Assembly: GCA_035708025.1 (NCBI GenBank)
Contig: DASSTH010000303.1
Location: 1-54,995 of the forward strand
DNA length: 54,995 nucleotides
Source of the DNA: Nakamurella sp.
Lineage (GTDB): Bacteria > Actinomycetota > Actinomycetes > Mycobacteriales > Nakamurellaceae
Reading direction: 5' to 3'
Shown here: positions 46,255-54,995 of the stretch, piece by piece
Layout of the letters: the number at the start of each line of letters is the position of its first letter
Numbering within the stretch: position 1 is the first letter of the stretch
Notes under the pieces: model-generated
The model's database searches: none
Seen by the model: the letters and a program-made list of their open reading frames with translations, nothing else
Told to the model about the DNA's origin: nothing
Made by a program: the position numbers and the translations under genes

Positions 46255-46288
46255 GAATTGGTCCGCCTGTTGATTGCCGAATTGGCTC
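46255..46288. promoter_or_regulatory. Second candidate MocR operator, upstream of the ABC importer
   Basis: GAATTGGTC at 46255 and CCGAATTGGCTC at 46277 (12-mer identical to 44203). Confidence 0.6.
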
Positions 46289-46421
46289 CCCACCCCGGGG
46301 ACCCGCTCCCTACGCTCTACTCAGCATCCTGTGCGCGACGTGCGAGTCCGACGGCCACAGGCCGACTTGCGCCACGTCGCGGCAGGCCGAAAGCACCCAG
46401 TACCAGCCCAAGGAGGCGTCC

Positions 46422-47480
46422 ATGATCCGGCAGGACCCGCGGTCGGTACGCAGGTCGCTAGCAGCAGCCGTCCTCGCCGTGGCGGCCCTGACGGCCGCCG
46501 CGTCGTGCAGTAGTGCGTCCACGGATGCGACCGGTGGATCGAGCACCGCGGCCGGCGGTGCATCGAGCACCCCGTCGCCGGCCGGTGGCACGTCCGGCGC
46601 ACCGTCCACCGCACCGTCCAGCGCATCGTCCAGCGCGATGAGCAGCCCCGCCGGGCCGGCATCAGGCAGCGGCTCGAGCGCAGCCAGTGCACCCGGTTCC
46701 GGGCAGCCGTCGCTGTTCGACCAACTGCCGGAATCGATCCAGAAGGCCGGCGTCATCAAGGTCGGCATGGAAGTCACCACCCAGCCATTCGCGATCTTCG
46801 CAGCGGACGGCAAGACGCCCGAGGGCATCGACCCGGACCTCGCCAACGCCGCGGGAAAGCTGCTGGGCGTGGACGTCGAGATCCAGAACATCCCGTTCGC
46901 ACAGGGGATCCCGGCGCTGAACACCGGCCGGATCGACATGTACTGGACCTTCACCAACGACACGCCTTCGCGCCGTGAGCAGGTCGACCTGGTCGACTTC
47001 ACCCAGAACGGCCAGGGCGTGCTGCTGCCCGCCAGCAACCCGAAACAGGTGAAGAGCCTGGACGACCTGTGCGGTACCACGATCTCCATCCAGTCGGGCA
47101 GCAACAATCTGGACGTCGCGAACGAGCAGAGCGGCAAGTGCACCGATGCGGGCAAGCCGAAGGTGACCGTGCTGCAGTTCGACGAGCTCCCGCAGGCGCT
47201 CCTGCAGCTCAAGGGCGGCAGAGCGGATGCGCTGATGACCTCCTATGCGATCGCCGGGTACTACGCCAAGTCCGATCCCTCGTACACGTTGATGCCGGGT
47301 CCGGCGATCCAGTTGGGGCCGGCCGGCGTCACCTTCAAGAAGGGCAACACGCAGCTCGAGAAGGCGTTGCAGCAGGCATTGCAGGAAATGGTCGACAACG
47401 GGTCGTACGCGCAGATCTTCGAGAAGTGGGGGCTGAGCGGGCTGAAGATCTCCACCATCACCATCAATGATGGACACTGA
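46422..47480 (+). CDS. Polar amino-acid ABC transporter substrate-binding lipoprotein
   Basis: Lipobox AASC, S/A-rich linker, LPESIQKAGVIKVG, GIDPDLA, DLCG, GSYAQIFEKWG; AAGGAGG RBS. Confidence 0.92.
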   Translation: MIRQDPRSVRRSLAAAVLAVAALTAAASCSSASTDATGGSSTAAGGASSTPSPAGGTSGAPSTAPSSASSSAMSSPAGPASGSGSSAASAPGSGQPSLFDQLPESIQKAGVIKVGMEVTTQPFAIFAADGKTPEGIDPDLANAAGKLLGVDVEIQNIPFAQGIPALNTGRIDMYWTFTNDTPSRREQVDLVDFTQNGQGVLLPASNPKQVKSLDDLCGTTISIQSGSNNLDVANEQSGKCTDAGKPKVTVLQFDELPQALLQLKGGRADALMTSYAIAGYYAKSDPSYTLMPGPAIQLGPAGVTFKKGNTQLEKALQQALQEMVDNGSYAQIFEKWGLSGLKISTITINDGH

Positions 47481-47544
47481 CGCCGTGCGACCGGGCGGGC
47501 CCCGGGACGGAGGCAGGAGCCGGACGAGGTGAAGGAGGCCCAGG

Positions 47545-48420
47545 TTGGCCAGAGCAACCGTGGTGGGCGGACCGGCCGACCTGGACGACTCGAGCCTGGT
47601 GCTGCCGAGGCCGCGAATCGGCCGCTACCTGAGCGCGATCGTCATCCTGGCCGTGCTGGCGTTCCTCGGCGTTGCGGTGGCGCGCGGGAACATCGGCTGG
47701 GATGTGGTCGGCCGGTACATCTACGCGCCCGGTGTCCTGCAGGGTGCGCTCAACACGGTCATCATCAGCGTGCTGTCGATGGCGATCGGCATCGTCCTGG
47801 GACTCGTCGGCGCGCTGATGCGCCTGTCGGACAACGTGGTCGCCCGCACCACCGCCTCCGCGTACGTATGGGTGTTCCGCGGCACGCCGCAATTGGTGCA
47901 ACTGCTGCTGTGGTACAACCTGGCGCTGATATTTCCCACCATCGTGATCCCGGGCGTGGGCAGTTACGACACCAACAGCCTCATGACGCCGATGGTTGCC
48001 GGACTGCTCGGCCTTGGCATCAACGAGGGCGCCTATATGACCGAGATCTTCCGCGGTGGGATCATCGGCGTGGACGCCGGCCAGGCCCGCGCGGCACGGG
48101 CGCTGGGGATGACGCCGTTCACGGCATTCCGCCGCGTCATCCTGCCGCAGGCGCTGCGCATCGCCCTTCCCGGCACGAGCAACCAGTTCGTCATCCTGCT
48201 GAAGGGCTCGTCCCTGTTGAGCATCGTGCAGTACACGGAACTGCTGTACTCGGTGAAGATCATCTATGACCGCAACTACGCGGTGGTGGAGTTGCTGCTG
48301 GTGGCGACCGCGTGGTACATCGCCATCACGGGCGTGTTCATCCTCATCCAGAACCTGATCGAGCGGAGGTTGGGCCGGTCGGTGCGGACCACCTCGAACC
48401 GCCGGATGTGGTTGGCGTGA
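47545..48420 (+). CDS. Polar amino-acid ABC transporter permease
   Basis: [44 protein letters not shown]. Confidence 0.93.
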   Translation: MARATVVGGPADLDDSSLVLPRPRIGRYLSAIVILAVLAFLGVAVARGNIGWDVVGRYIYAPGVLQGALNTVIISVLSMAIGIVLGLVGALMRLSDNVVARTTASAYVWVFRGTPQLVQLLLWYNLALIFPTIVIPGVGSYDTNSLMTPMVAGLLGLGINEGAYMTEIFRGGIIGVDAGQARAARALGMTPFTAFRRVILPQALRIALPGTSNQFVILLKGSSLLSIVQYTELLYSVKIIYDRNYAVVELLLVATAWYIAITGVFILIQNLIERRLGRSVRTTSNRRMWLA

Positions 48421-49196
48421 CGTCTGCGGAGCCGGGTGAACCATTGGTCGTCGCGACCGGGGTCCGCAAGTCCTACGGCTCGAACCTCGTCCTGGACGGC
48501 GTGAACCTGACGGTGAACAGGGGAGAGGTCGCCTGTGTGATCGGGCCATCGGGATCCGGCAAGTCCACGCTGCTGCGCTGCATCAACCACCTGGAGAATA
48601 TCGACGCCGGGACGATCCGCGTCGGTGGCGAACTCGTCGGATACCGCCGCAGGGGAAGGGCACTGCGGGAGCTGTCGGAACGGGACGCAGCGCGGGCCCG
48701 CCGGCATATCGGCATGGTCTTCCAGAGCTTCGACCTCTTCCCCCACCTGACCGCGCTGGAGAACGTGATGTCCGGTCCCCGTTTCGTTCTCAGACGCCCG
48801 GTCGACCAGTCGCGGACGCAGGCGCTGGCGCTGCTGGACAGCGTGGGCCTGGCCGATCGGACCCAGCACTATCCGGCGCAACTGTCGGGAGGGCAACAGC
48901 AGCGGGTGGCGATCGCTCGCGCGCTGGCCATGCAGCCGGCGCTCATGCTGTTCGACGAGCCCACGTCGGCGCTGGACCCCGAGCTGGTCGGCGAGGTGCT
49001 CGATGTCATGCGCGACCTGGCGAACAGTGGCATGACGATGATCGTGGTCACCCACGAGTTGCGCTTCGCCCAGGACGTGGCGGACCGGATCTCTTTCATG
49101 GACGGCGGTACGGTCCTGGAAGAGGGTCCTCCGGAGCAGGTCCTGACCGCGCCCCAGCACCCGCGGACGAAGGCGTTCCTGACCCGGTACACCTGA
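48417..49196 (+). CDS. Polar amino-acid ABC transporter ATP-binding protein (GlnQ-like)
   Basis: [44 protein letters not shown]. Confidence 0.95.
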   Translation: MTSAEPGEPLVVATGVRKSYGSNLVLDGVNLTVNRGEVACVIGPSGSGKSTLLRCINHLENIDAGTIRVGGELVGYRRRGRALRELSERDAARARRHIGMVFQSFDLFPHLTALENVMSGPRFVLRRPVDQSRTQALALLDSVGLADRTQHYPAQLSGGQQQRVAIARALAMQPALMLFDEPTSALDPELVGEVLDVMRDLANSGMTMIVVTHELRFAQDVADRISFMDGGTVLEEGPPEQVLTAPQHPRTKAFLTRYT

Positions 49197-49261
49197 CGCC
49201 GGCCGGGCCGACCGCGACCGCGACCGCGTGACGGTGGGGCTTCCGGCGGGCCGGCCGGTCG

Positions 49262-50038
49262 TTACAGCGACACGACCCGGTGGGCGCGGAAGGTGTAGCG
49301 ATCGCCGGGGTAGATCGCCTCGCGCAGTTCGACGGGGCGGCCCTCGGGGGTGCGGTACGTGCTCGCGGTCCGGAAGGCGCAGGCGCCGGCCGGGGTGTGC
49401 AGCAGCCGGGCGGTCTCCGCGTCGAGTCCCACCGCCTGGAAGGTCTGGTCGGCCTCCAGCCGGGTGACTCCCAGGAACTGCGCGGAGATCTCGTACGTGC
49501 TGCGGGTGGTGAGCAAGGTGAGGTTCGCCTGCATGTGTTCGGCGAGTGACGGGGCGATCCACGCCGTGTAGCTGGCGAGTGGATGGCCGTTGGCCAGACC
49601 GATGAGGCGGATGCGCAGTGTCGAGGTTCCCGCTTCGACGCCGAGCGCCTCGGCGACCTCGGGCGGGGCCGGGATCCAGGTGTTCTCGCGCACCGCGTAG
49701 CTCGCTCGCATGGCGGCGGCCTCGACGCTGGTGCGGAACGGGCGGATGGTCGCCAGGTCCTGCACCACCCGCACCGGCGAGACGAACGTACCGCGCCCCG
49801 GCGCGCGGCTCAGCAGCCCGTCCTCCTCCGCTTTCGCCAGCGCCTGGCGGATCGTCACCCGGCTGACGGCGTAGCCGGCGGACAGTTCCCGTTCGCCGGG
49901 TAGCCGGCTGCCCGGTGGGAATTCGCCGGCCTGGATGCGGCGGCAGAGGTCGGCGTGCACCGACAGGTGCAACGCCTGTGCACCCGCGGCCGGCCGCACC
50001 CCGTCCGTGCCGGCGCCGGCCAGCGGCGGATCCGCCAT
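49262..50038 (-). CDS. GntR-family (HutC/UTRA) transcriptional regulator
   Basis: LPGERELSAGYAVSRVTIRQAL...GRGTFV; C-terminal UTRA ending GRPVE...YPGDRY. Confidence 0.92.
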   Translation of the reverse strand: MADPPLAGAGTDGVRPAAGAQALHLSVHADLCRRIQAGEFPPGSRLPGERELSAGYAVSRVTIRQALAKAEEDGLLSRAPGRGTFVSPVRVVQDLATIRPFRTSVEAAAMRASYAVRENTWIPAPPEVAEALGVEAGTSTLRIRLIGLANGHPLASYTAWIAPSLAEHMQANLTLLTTRSTYEISAQFLGVTRLEADQTFQAVGLDAETARLLHTPAGACAFRTASTYRTPEGRPVELREAIYPGDRYTFRAHRVVSL

Positions 50039-50078
50039 GGCTCTTGACTCCTCTCACCGCGCGCCCTACCGTCAACTC

Positions 50079-50102
50079 GTGGTCTAGCCCGGACTAGACC
50101 AC
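50079..50102. promoter_or_regulatory. Candidate HutC/DasR-type GntR operator
   Basis: Perfect 9-bp inverted repeat GTGGTCTAG-CCCGGA-CTAGACCAC, equal to two abutting one-mismatch copies of GGTCTAGACC. Confidence 0.7.
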
Positions 50103-50146
50103 TCAACCGTAGACCGAACCCCGGCGGCGAGCCGAGAAGTCGAGGA

Positions 50147-51562
50147 GTGGATCGCGTGACCGAGGTGGCGGACGTCGAGGCGCTGTCCATGCTGCCGAAG
50201 GTCGACGCGCGCGTGCGGATCCTGTGCCCGACAGGTCATCTCAGCTATGCCCCGCTGCGGCCGGACAGCTTCCACCTCGGGCTGGGCGGCGCGCCCGACT
50301 ACATCGTGGCGGACGCCGGCTCCTGCGATGTCGGTCCGGCACCGCTGGCGAAAGACGAGCCGACCAGCCCCGAGGACTGGCAGCGGTCAGACCTGACCGA
50401 GATGCTGCTGGGAGCTCGCCGGCTGGGAGTTCCGATGATCGTCGGGTCGGCGTCGGACGCGGGCACCAACGCCGGCGTGGACCGGTTCGTGCGGCTGATC
50501 CGGGAGATCGCCGCCGAACACGATCTGCCGCCGTTCACCCTCGGCTACTTCTACAGCGAGGTCGCCGTCGACGAGGTGCGGCGTCGGCTGCGATCCGGTG
50601 ATGTCGGCGAGGGATTGGACGGCCGGGGCCGGCTCACCGAGGCGGACGTGGACCGGACCGACCGCGTCGTCGCGGTGGCCGGCGTGCATCCGTACCTGGA
50701 ACTCCTGCAGCAGGGCGCGGATGTGATCATCGGCGGTCGCAGCAGCGACGCGGCGCTGTTCGCGGCTCCGGCGCTGCTGCGCGGCGCCTCGCCGAGCGAG
50801 GCCTACACGTTCGGCAAGCTGCTGGAGTGCGCCTCCTTCGCCGCCGAGCCGTACGGCGGCAAGGAAAGCATCATGGGCACCATCGCCGACGAGGGGATCC
50901 TGGTCACCGCCATGAATCCCGCACAGCGCTGCACCGTCGCCTCGGTGGCCGGCCATGCCATGTACGAGCGATCCAGCCCGCTCTCGGAGTACTTCCTCGG
51001 TGGCCACCTGGACCTGACCGACACCAGGTACGAGCAGTACGACGAGCGCACCACGCTCGTCACCGGTTCGAGGTTCGTCGCCGACGAGAACCCGCTGCGC
51101 GTCAAGCTGGAGGGCGCGGGCCGGGTGGGCGCCCGGATGTTCGCCCTGGCCGGGATCCGCGACCCGTACACCATCGCCAACCTCGACCGGGCCTTCGAAC
51201 TGGCCCGCGGGTACGTCCGGGAGCGACACCAGGACGGCACCTACGAGCTGTACTTCCACGCCTACGGACGGAACGGGGTGATGGGAGCGCACGAGCCGGT
51301 GACCGCCCAGCCCCACGAGATAGGTCTGGTCATCGAGGCGATCGCCGACGACCCGGACCGCGCCAGGGACGTCTGCACCATCGCGCAGCGGCAGTTGTTC
51401 TACGCCAGACTCGGGGAGGTCAAGGGCACCGCCGGCAGCATGGCGTTCCTGACCGACGAGATCCTGCGGGCCGGCGACGCCTGCCGCTGGACGATCAACC
51501 ACACCCTCCCGGTGCGCGACCCGCTGGAACTCTTCCAGCGCCACCTCGTCCAGGTCGGCTGA
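50147..51562 (+). CDS. AtuA-like (DUF1446) protein of unknown activity
   Basis: PTGHL, DAGSCDVGP, GSASDAG, IIGGRSSDAALFAA, GKLLECA, AGHAMYER, KLEGA, GIRDP; GAGGAG RBS. Confidence 0.85.
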   Translation: MDRVTEVADVEALSMLPKVDARVRILCPTGHLSYAPLRPDSFHLGLGGAPDYIVADAGSCDVGPAPLAKDEPTSPEDWQRSDLTEMLLGARRLGVPMIVGSASDAGTNAGVDRFVRLIREIAAEHDLPPFTLGYFYSEVAVDEVRRRLRSGDVGEGLDGRGRLTEADVDRTDRVVAVAGVHPYLELLQQGADVIIGGRSSDAALFAAPALLRGASPSEAYTFGKLLECASFAAEPYGGKESIMGTIADEGILVTAMNPAQRCTVASVAGHAMYERSSPLSEYFLGGHLDLTDTRYEQYDERTTLVTGSRFVADENPLRVKLEGAGRVGARMFALAGIRDPYTIANLDRAFELARGYVRERHQDGTYELYFHAYGRNGVMGAHEPVTAQPHEIGLVIEAIADDPDRARDVCTIAQRQLFYARLGEVKGTAGSMAFLTDEILRAGDACRWTINHTLPVRDPLELFQRHLVQVG

Positions 51563-51590
51563 CCTTTACAACCGTGAGGAGATCACCGGC

Positions 51591-51902
51591 ATGACGAAGC
51601 TTTCCGAACTCGCCAAGACCATCCGCAGCAAGAACGCCGGGGTCGACCGGATCACCTTCGACATCATCTTCCGGGAGAACGAGACCTACACCAGGGTCAA
51701 GGAGTCAGGCGCGATCACCCCGGACTCGTTCGCGGCGCTGTACCGGATCGACCGGAACCGGATCACCGACTTCATCCTGTACGACCTCGCGTACGCCATC
51801 AAGATCACGATCCTGCGGGATCGCGCGAGCGGCGGCCCCGGCGACCCCGACCTGTTCGGCGCCCAGCAGTACGCGCCGCTGCTGGACGTCGACATCCCCT
51901 GA
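51591..51902 (+). CDS. DUF4387-family protein
   Basis: LSELAKTIRSKNAG...TFDIIF...AIKITI...DLFGAQQYAPLL. Confidence 0.88.
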   Translation: MTKLSELAKTIRSKNAGVDRITFDIIFRENETYTRVKESGAITPDSFAALYRIDRNRITDFILYDLAYAIKITILRDRASGGPGDPDLFGAQQYAPLLDVDIP

Positions 51903-51973
51903 CGGGTGTGCGCGGTCGCGCCGACCCGACGGCCGGCGCGGCACGATGCCGGGGTGCGCCGACCACCCGCCGG

Positions 51974-53950
51974 TCAGTGCTGGCGGCGCCGGCGGGCGTG
52001 CCGGGACCGGCCGTCCCACACCACGAGTGCCAGGCCCAGCAGGATCGCCAGGCCGCCGCCGCCCAGCATGCCGGCCACCCGCACGCCGGTGTCCGCCAGG
52101 GCCGGGCCGGACGAGGTCATCGTCGGGGCGACCGCCGTCGTCGAGGGCCCACTGGAGGTGGCCTCGGCGGCCGGCGTGCTGGTCGATGGCGCGGTGGTGC
52201 TGGTCGTCGTCGGCGCCGCGCTGGACGGTGTCGGCGAGGCCACCGTCGAGGTCGTCGGTGCGGCCGACGGGGTCGTGGATGTGGGCGCCGCGCTGGAGGT
52301 CTGCGGTGCCGAGCTGGTGGTGGGCGGCACCGACGTGGTGGTGGGCGGCGCCGCATCGATGACGATGACGAAGTCCTGGAAGGTGGGGTCGTCGACGGCG
52401 ATGGTGACGGGGAACGTGCCGGACTCGCTCGGTGTGCCGGAGACCTCCCCGTCCGCGGACAGCGTGAGGTCCGGCGGTAGTGCGCCGGAGGCCACCGAGA
52501 ACTCGTACGGGGCACCGAGACCGCCGGTGGCCTGCAAGGTCACCTGATAGGGGGTGCCGACCCGGCCGTGCGGAAGCGTGGCGGGGGTGACCACGATCGG
52601 CGGCTGCGCCACCTCGACGGCACCGATGTCGCAGCCCGCCCCGGCCGGCCGAGCCTCGCCCCGTTGATCGGTGGCATCGCCGGTGCAGTGCGCCGAGTCG
52701 GCCGGGATCGCGTCGATGGCATCGCTTCCCTTGGCCGGCAGTTGCGTCTGCGTCGGGCCGCCGTTGTCGGCCAGCGCCCCGAGGTTCGCGACCGCACTGT
52801 TCTTGGAACCGGGTGCGGTGAAGCCGCAGTCGTCGGTGTCCGACAGGTTGTAGCCCGCGTCGGTGATGTCGCCCGCACAGTTCGGCGCGGTGTTGTCGGC
52901 CAGCAACGTGCCGCTGAGCGTCAGTGCGGCGGGAACCTCGTCGGCCCGCGTGGCGATGGCGCCCGATGGGAGGTCAGTCTCCCCACCGTCCAGGCCCGGC
53001 GTCGTGCCGGTGATGGTGGAGTTGGTCACGGTGACATCTGCGGCCCAGTCGAGCACCCCCTGGCCGGTGTTGCCGGCCACCGTCGAGGCGTCGATGGTGG
53101 CGTCACCGCCCGGGAAGACCAGCACGCCCCCGCCGAAGGCGTTGCCCTCGCGGTCGGTGAACGGCTGCGTGTTGCTGATGGTGGAGTCGGTGATGGCAAT
53201 GGAGGCACCGGGTCCGTCGGCCACCACGCCTGCGCCCTGGTTGTGATCCAGCGCGGAGGTTCGCACCGCGGCCTCGCCGGAGTCGACCACGACGCCCCCG
53301 TCACCGTTGCGGGAGATGGTGCTGTGGTCGACGGTGACGGTGCCACCACCGTCCACGCCTACCCCATCACGTCCGTTGTCGTCGATCGAGCAGCCGCTGA
53401 TCGTCGCGGTGGCGCCCGCCGTCTCCGCCGGCAACAACGACACGCCGTCGCCGTCGTTGCCGCTCACCTGGCAGTCCTGCAGCGCCACCGTGGCCGCGAC
53501 GACGTCGATCCCGTCGTCATCGCCGTTGTTCGACACGGCCAAGTCCTGCATCGCGACGGTCAGCGGTGTCTCGGCATCGATGCCCTCGACGGTGATGGTC
53601 GGGTCGCCGCTGCCCTCGATGGTGGTCCGGTCGGCGCCGGCCCCGGTCACGGTGAGCGGGATGCTGATCGTGGCGTTCTGCGGATATTCGCCCGCGGCGA
53701 GGGAGATCGTGTCACCGGGGTCCGCCCGGTCCACCGCATGCTGGATCGTCAGGCAGGGAGCCTCCTGCATCAGGCAGTCGTTATCGGTGTCGTCCCCCGT
53801 CGGTGCCACGAACCGGGTCTGACCGGCCGCGAATGCCGGAACCGCGCCGGAGAGCAGGGCTCCCGTGCCCGTTGTCAGAATGGTGACGCCGATGGTTGCG
53901 ACCCGAAGCAGCGATCTGCCGCGTTGCCGGTCCGCTCGCGCTCCGACCAT
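51974..53950 (-). CDS. Secreted cell-wall-anchored protein: beta-helix repeats, choice-of-anchor-Q-like domain, Ig-like domain, LAXTG sortase signal
   Basis: Signal peptide AFA-A; VAPTGDD..DC...PC.TIQHAV; N..DG repeats; LGALADNGGPTQT...CDIGAVE; LP.G.VGTPY; LADTG + TM + RRRRQH. Confidence 0.85.
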   Translation of the reverse strand: MVGARADRQRGRSLLRVATIGVTILTTGTGALLSGAVPAFAAGQTRFVAPTGDDTDNDCLMQEAPCLTIQHAVDRADPGDTISLAAGEYPQNATISIPLTVTGAGADRTTIEGSGDPTITVEGIDAETPLTVAMQDLAVSNNGDDDGIDVVAATVALQDCQVSGNDGDGVSLLPAETAGATATISGCSIDDNGRDGVGVDGGGTVTVDHSTISRNGDGGVVVDSGEAAVRTSALDHNQGAGVVADGPGASIAITDSTISNTQPFTDREGNAFGGGVLVFPGGDATIDASTVAGNTGQGVLDWAADVTVTNSTITGTTPGLDGGETDLPSGAIATRADEVPAALTLSGTLLADNTAPNCAGDITDAGYNLSDTDDCGFTAPGSKNSAVANLGALADNGGPTQTQLPAKGSDAIDAIPADSAHCTGDATDQRGEARPAGAGCDIGAVEVAQPPIVVTPATLPHGRVGTPYQVTLQATGGLGAPYEFSVASGALPPDLTLSADGEVSGTPSESGTFPVTIAVDDPTFQDFVIVIDAAPPTTTSVPPTTSSAPQTSSAAPTSTTPSAAPTTSTVASPTPSSAAPTTTSTTAPSTSTPAAEATSSGPSTTAVAPTMTSSGPALADTGVRVAGMLGGGGLAILLGLALVVWDGRSRHARRRRQH

Positions 53951-54068
53951 GGAACCCTCCACTCTCCGGGACTGGCGGATCGTACTGCGCACAGTGGTTC
54001 GATGCACGCGAAGAGGTCAGATCGCCCCGATGTACCGAGGATCCTGGGCACCGGATGTGGGCGATGCG

Positions 54069-54995
54069 ATGATTCCCGGCATGGCCGGCCCACTCGTCGG
54101 ACGGGGAACGGAACTGGCGGCTGCCTCCTCGGCGCTGACCGGGTCCGGGGTGCTGCTCGACGGCCCGGCCGGCATCGGCAAGACCGCGATCTGGCGCAGC
54201 CTGGTCGACGAGCTGGTGGCCGGCGGCGCCACCGTGCTTCGCGCGTTACCCACCGAAGCGGAGCGGCTGCTGCCGTACGCGGCACTGGCGGACCTCCTGC
54301 GGCCGCTGACCGACCACATGACCGACCTGCCAGCTCCGCAGGCCGCCGCCGCGCGGGCGGTTCTGGTCTCCGGCGACACCGGCCACCCGGTGGACGAGCG
54401 CACGGTCGCCGTCATGGTGCAGTCGGTGTTTGCGGCCGCCTGCGCACACGACCGCCCGGTGCTGGCCATCGACGACTGCCAGTGGCTGGATGCGCCGAGC
54501 GAACAGTCGCTGCGATACGCGCTCAGGCGTCTCGACCCCGGACCGCGGATGCTGATGACGATGCGCGGCGACCACCAGGACCCGCTTCCGCTCGGCCTGG
54601 CCAACGACCGCGGCATCGCCCGGATCACCGTGGCGGCGTTGGGGATCGGCGCGATGCACCATGTCCTGCAGCAGCAGCTGGGCGTCACCTTGAACCGGCC
54701 GCTGCTCACCCGGCTCACCGCGGAATCCGAAGGCAATCCGATGCTGGCGGTGGAACTGGCACGTGCGATGCTGCGCCTGCCGTCGCTGCCCCGGCCGGGC
54801 GAGGATCTGCCGGTCGCACGGTCCGTGCTGGACCTCGTCACCACTACCCTGCGGTCCCTGCCGGAACGAACGCTGACCGCATTGCGGTTGGTCGCGCTGC
54901 TCACCGCTCCGACGGTGGCCGAGCTGCGCGCCGTCGGTGTCGACGCGGCAGATCTCGACCCCGCCGAGGAGGCCGGACTGATCGAGGTGCGTCAG
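54069..54995 (+). CDS. AAA-ATPase/LuxR (MalT/LAL-like) transcriptional regulator, N-terminal part, runs off the window
   Basis: Translated by hand: LVGRGTEL...LLDGPAGIGKTAIW...LPYAALADLL...LAIDDCQWLD...EGNPMLAVEL; missing from the ORF track because no stop falls in the window. Confidence 0.8.
   Translation, partial: MIPGMAGPLVGRGTELAAASSALTGSGVLLDGPAGIGKTAIWRSLVDELVAGGATVLRALPTEAERLLPYAALADLLRPLTDHMTDLPAPQAAAARAVLVSGDTGHPVDERTVAVMVQSVFAAACAHDRPVLAIDDCQWLDAPSEQSLRYALRRLDPGPRMLMTMRGDHQDPLPLGLANDRGIARITVAALGIGAMHHVLQQQLGVTLNRPLLTRLTAESEGNPMLAVELARAMLRLPSLPRPGEDLPVARSVLDLVTTTLRSLPERTLTALRLVALLTAPTVAELRAVGVDAADLDPAEEAGLIEVRQ

Noticed and set aside
49200-49260. GACCGC x3 between convergent genes
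   Set aside because: Too short and GC-rich to be significant
48276-50075. 599-aa minus-strand ORF
   Set aside because: Off-frame overlap of the GntR gene and antisense to the ABC ATPase; no domain signal
1-54995. Mobile element, prophage, tRNA/rRNA or anti-phage defence genes
   Set aside because: No integrase, transposase, terminal repeats, structural RNA or recognisable defence domains seen; the HerA-like P-loop is fused to a HAD domain in a metabolic context with no nuclease or SIR2 partner

Overview
High-GC actinobacterial DNA (genus not determinable here) with about 50 genes. I saw no rRNA, tRNA, CRISPR array, integrase or transposase. Block 1 (1-2.5 kb): two near-duplicate F420-dependent nitroreductase-family genes bracketing DoxX, SnoaL-like and TetR genes. 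Block 2 (2.6-7.7 kb): a redox gene string (DoxD-Rieske fusion with an internal twin-arginine motif, cytochrome-b-like membrane protein, SHOCT protein, sulfocyanin-like cupredoxin) divergent from an OmpR-type two-component system. Block 3 (about 7.8-41.7 kb): a DosR/DevR-type hypoxia/dormancy island with three USPs, Hsp20, an Acg nitroreductase, CBS-BON, DUF1918, DUF1876, PNPOx-like, hemerythrin, two Zn-ADHs, PEP synthase, a Pat-type acetyltransferase, a HAD/P-loop fusion, three P-type ATPases and two polysaccharide deacetylases. About 17 DosR-box-like palindromes were found by eye (one lies in block 2). The island's DosS/DosT-like GAF sensor lacks the phospho-accepting His but keeps the heme ligand and the DxxxQ phosphatase motif. 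Block 4 (42.7-52 kb): a MocR-associated ACT-GNAT-phosphotriesterase-like operon with a polar amino-acid ABC importer, then a GntR/UTRA regulator divergent from an AtuA-like/DUF4387 pair. Block 5: a LAXTG-anchored beta-helix surface protein and the start of an AAA/LuxR-type regulator. All family calls come from motif recognition by eye, not database searches. Start codons were adjusted by eye using RBS and overlap evidence.
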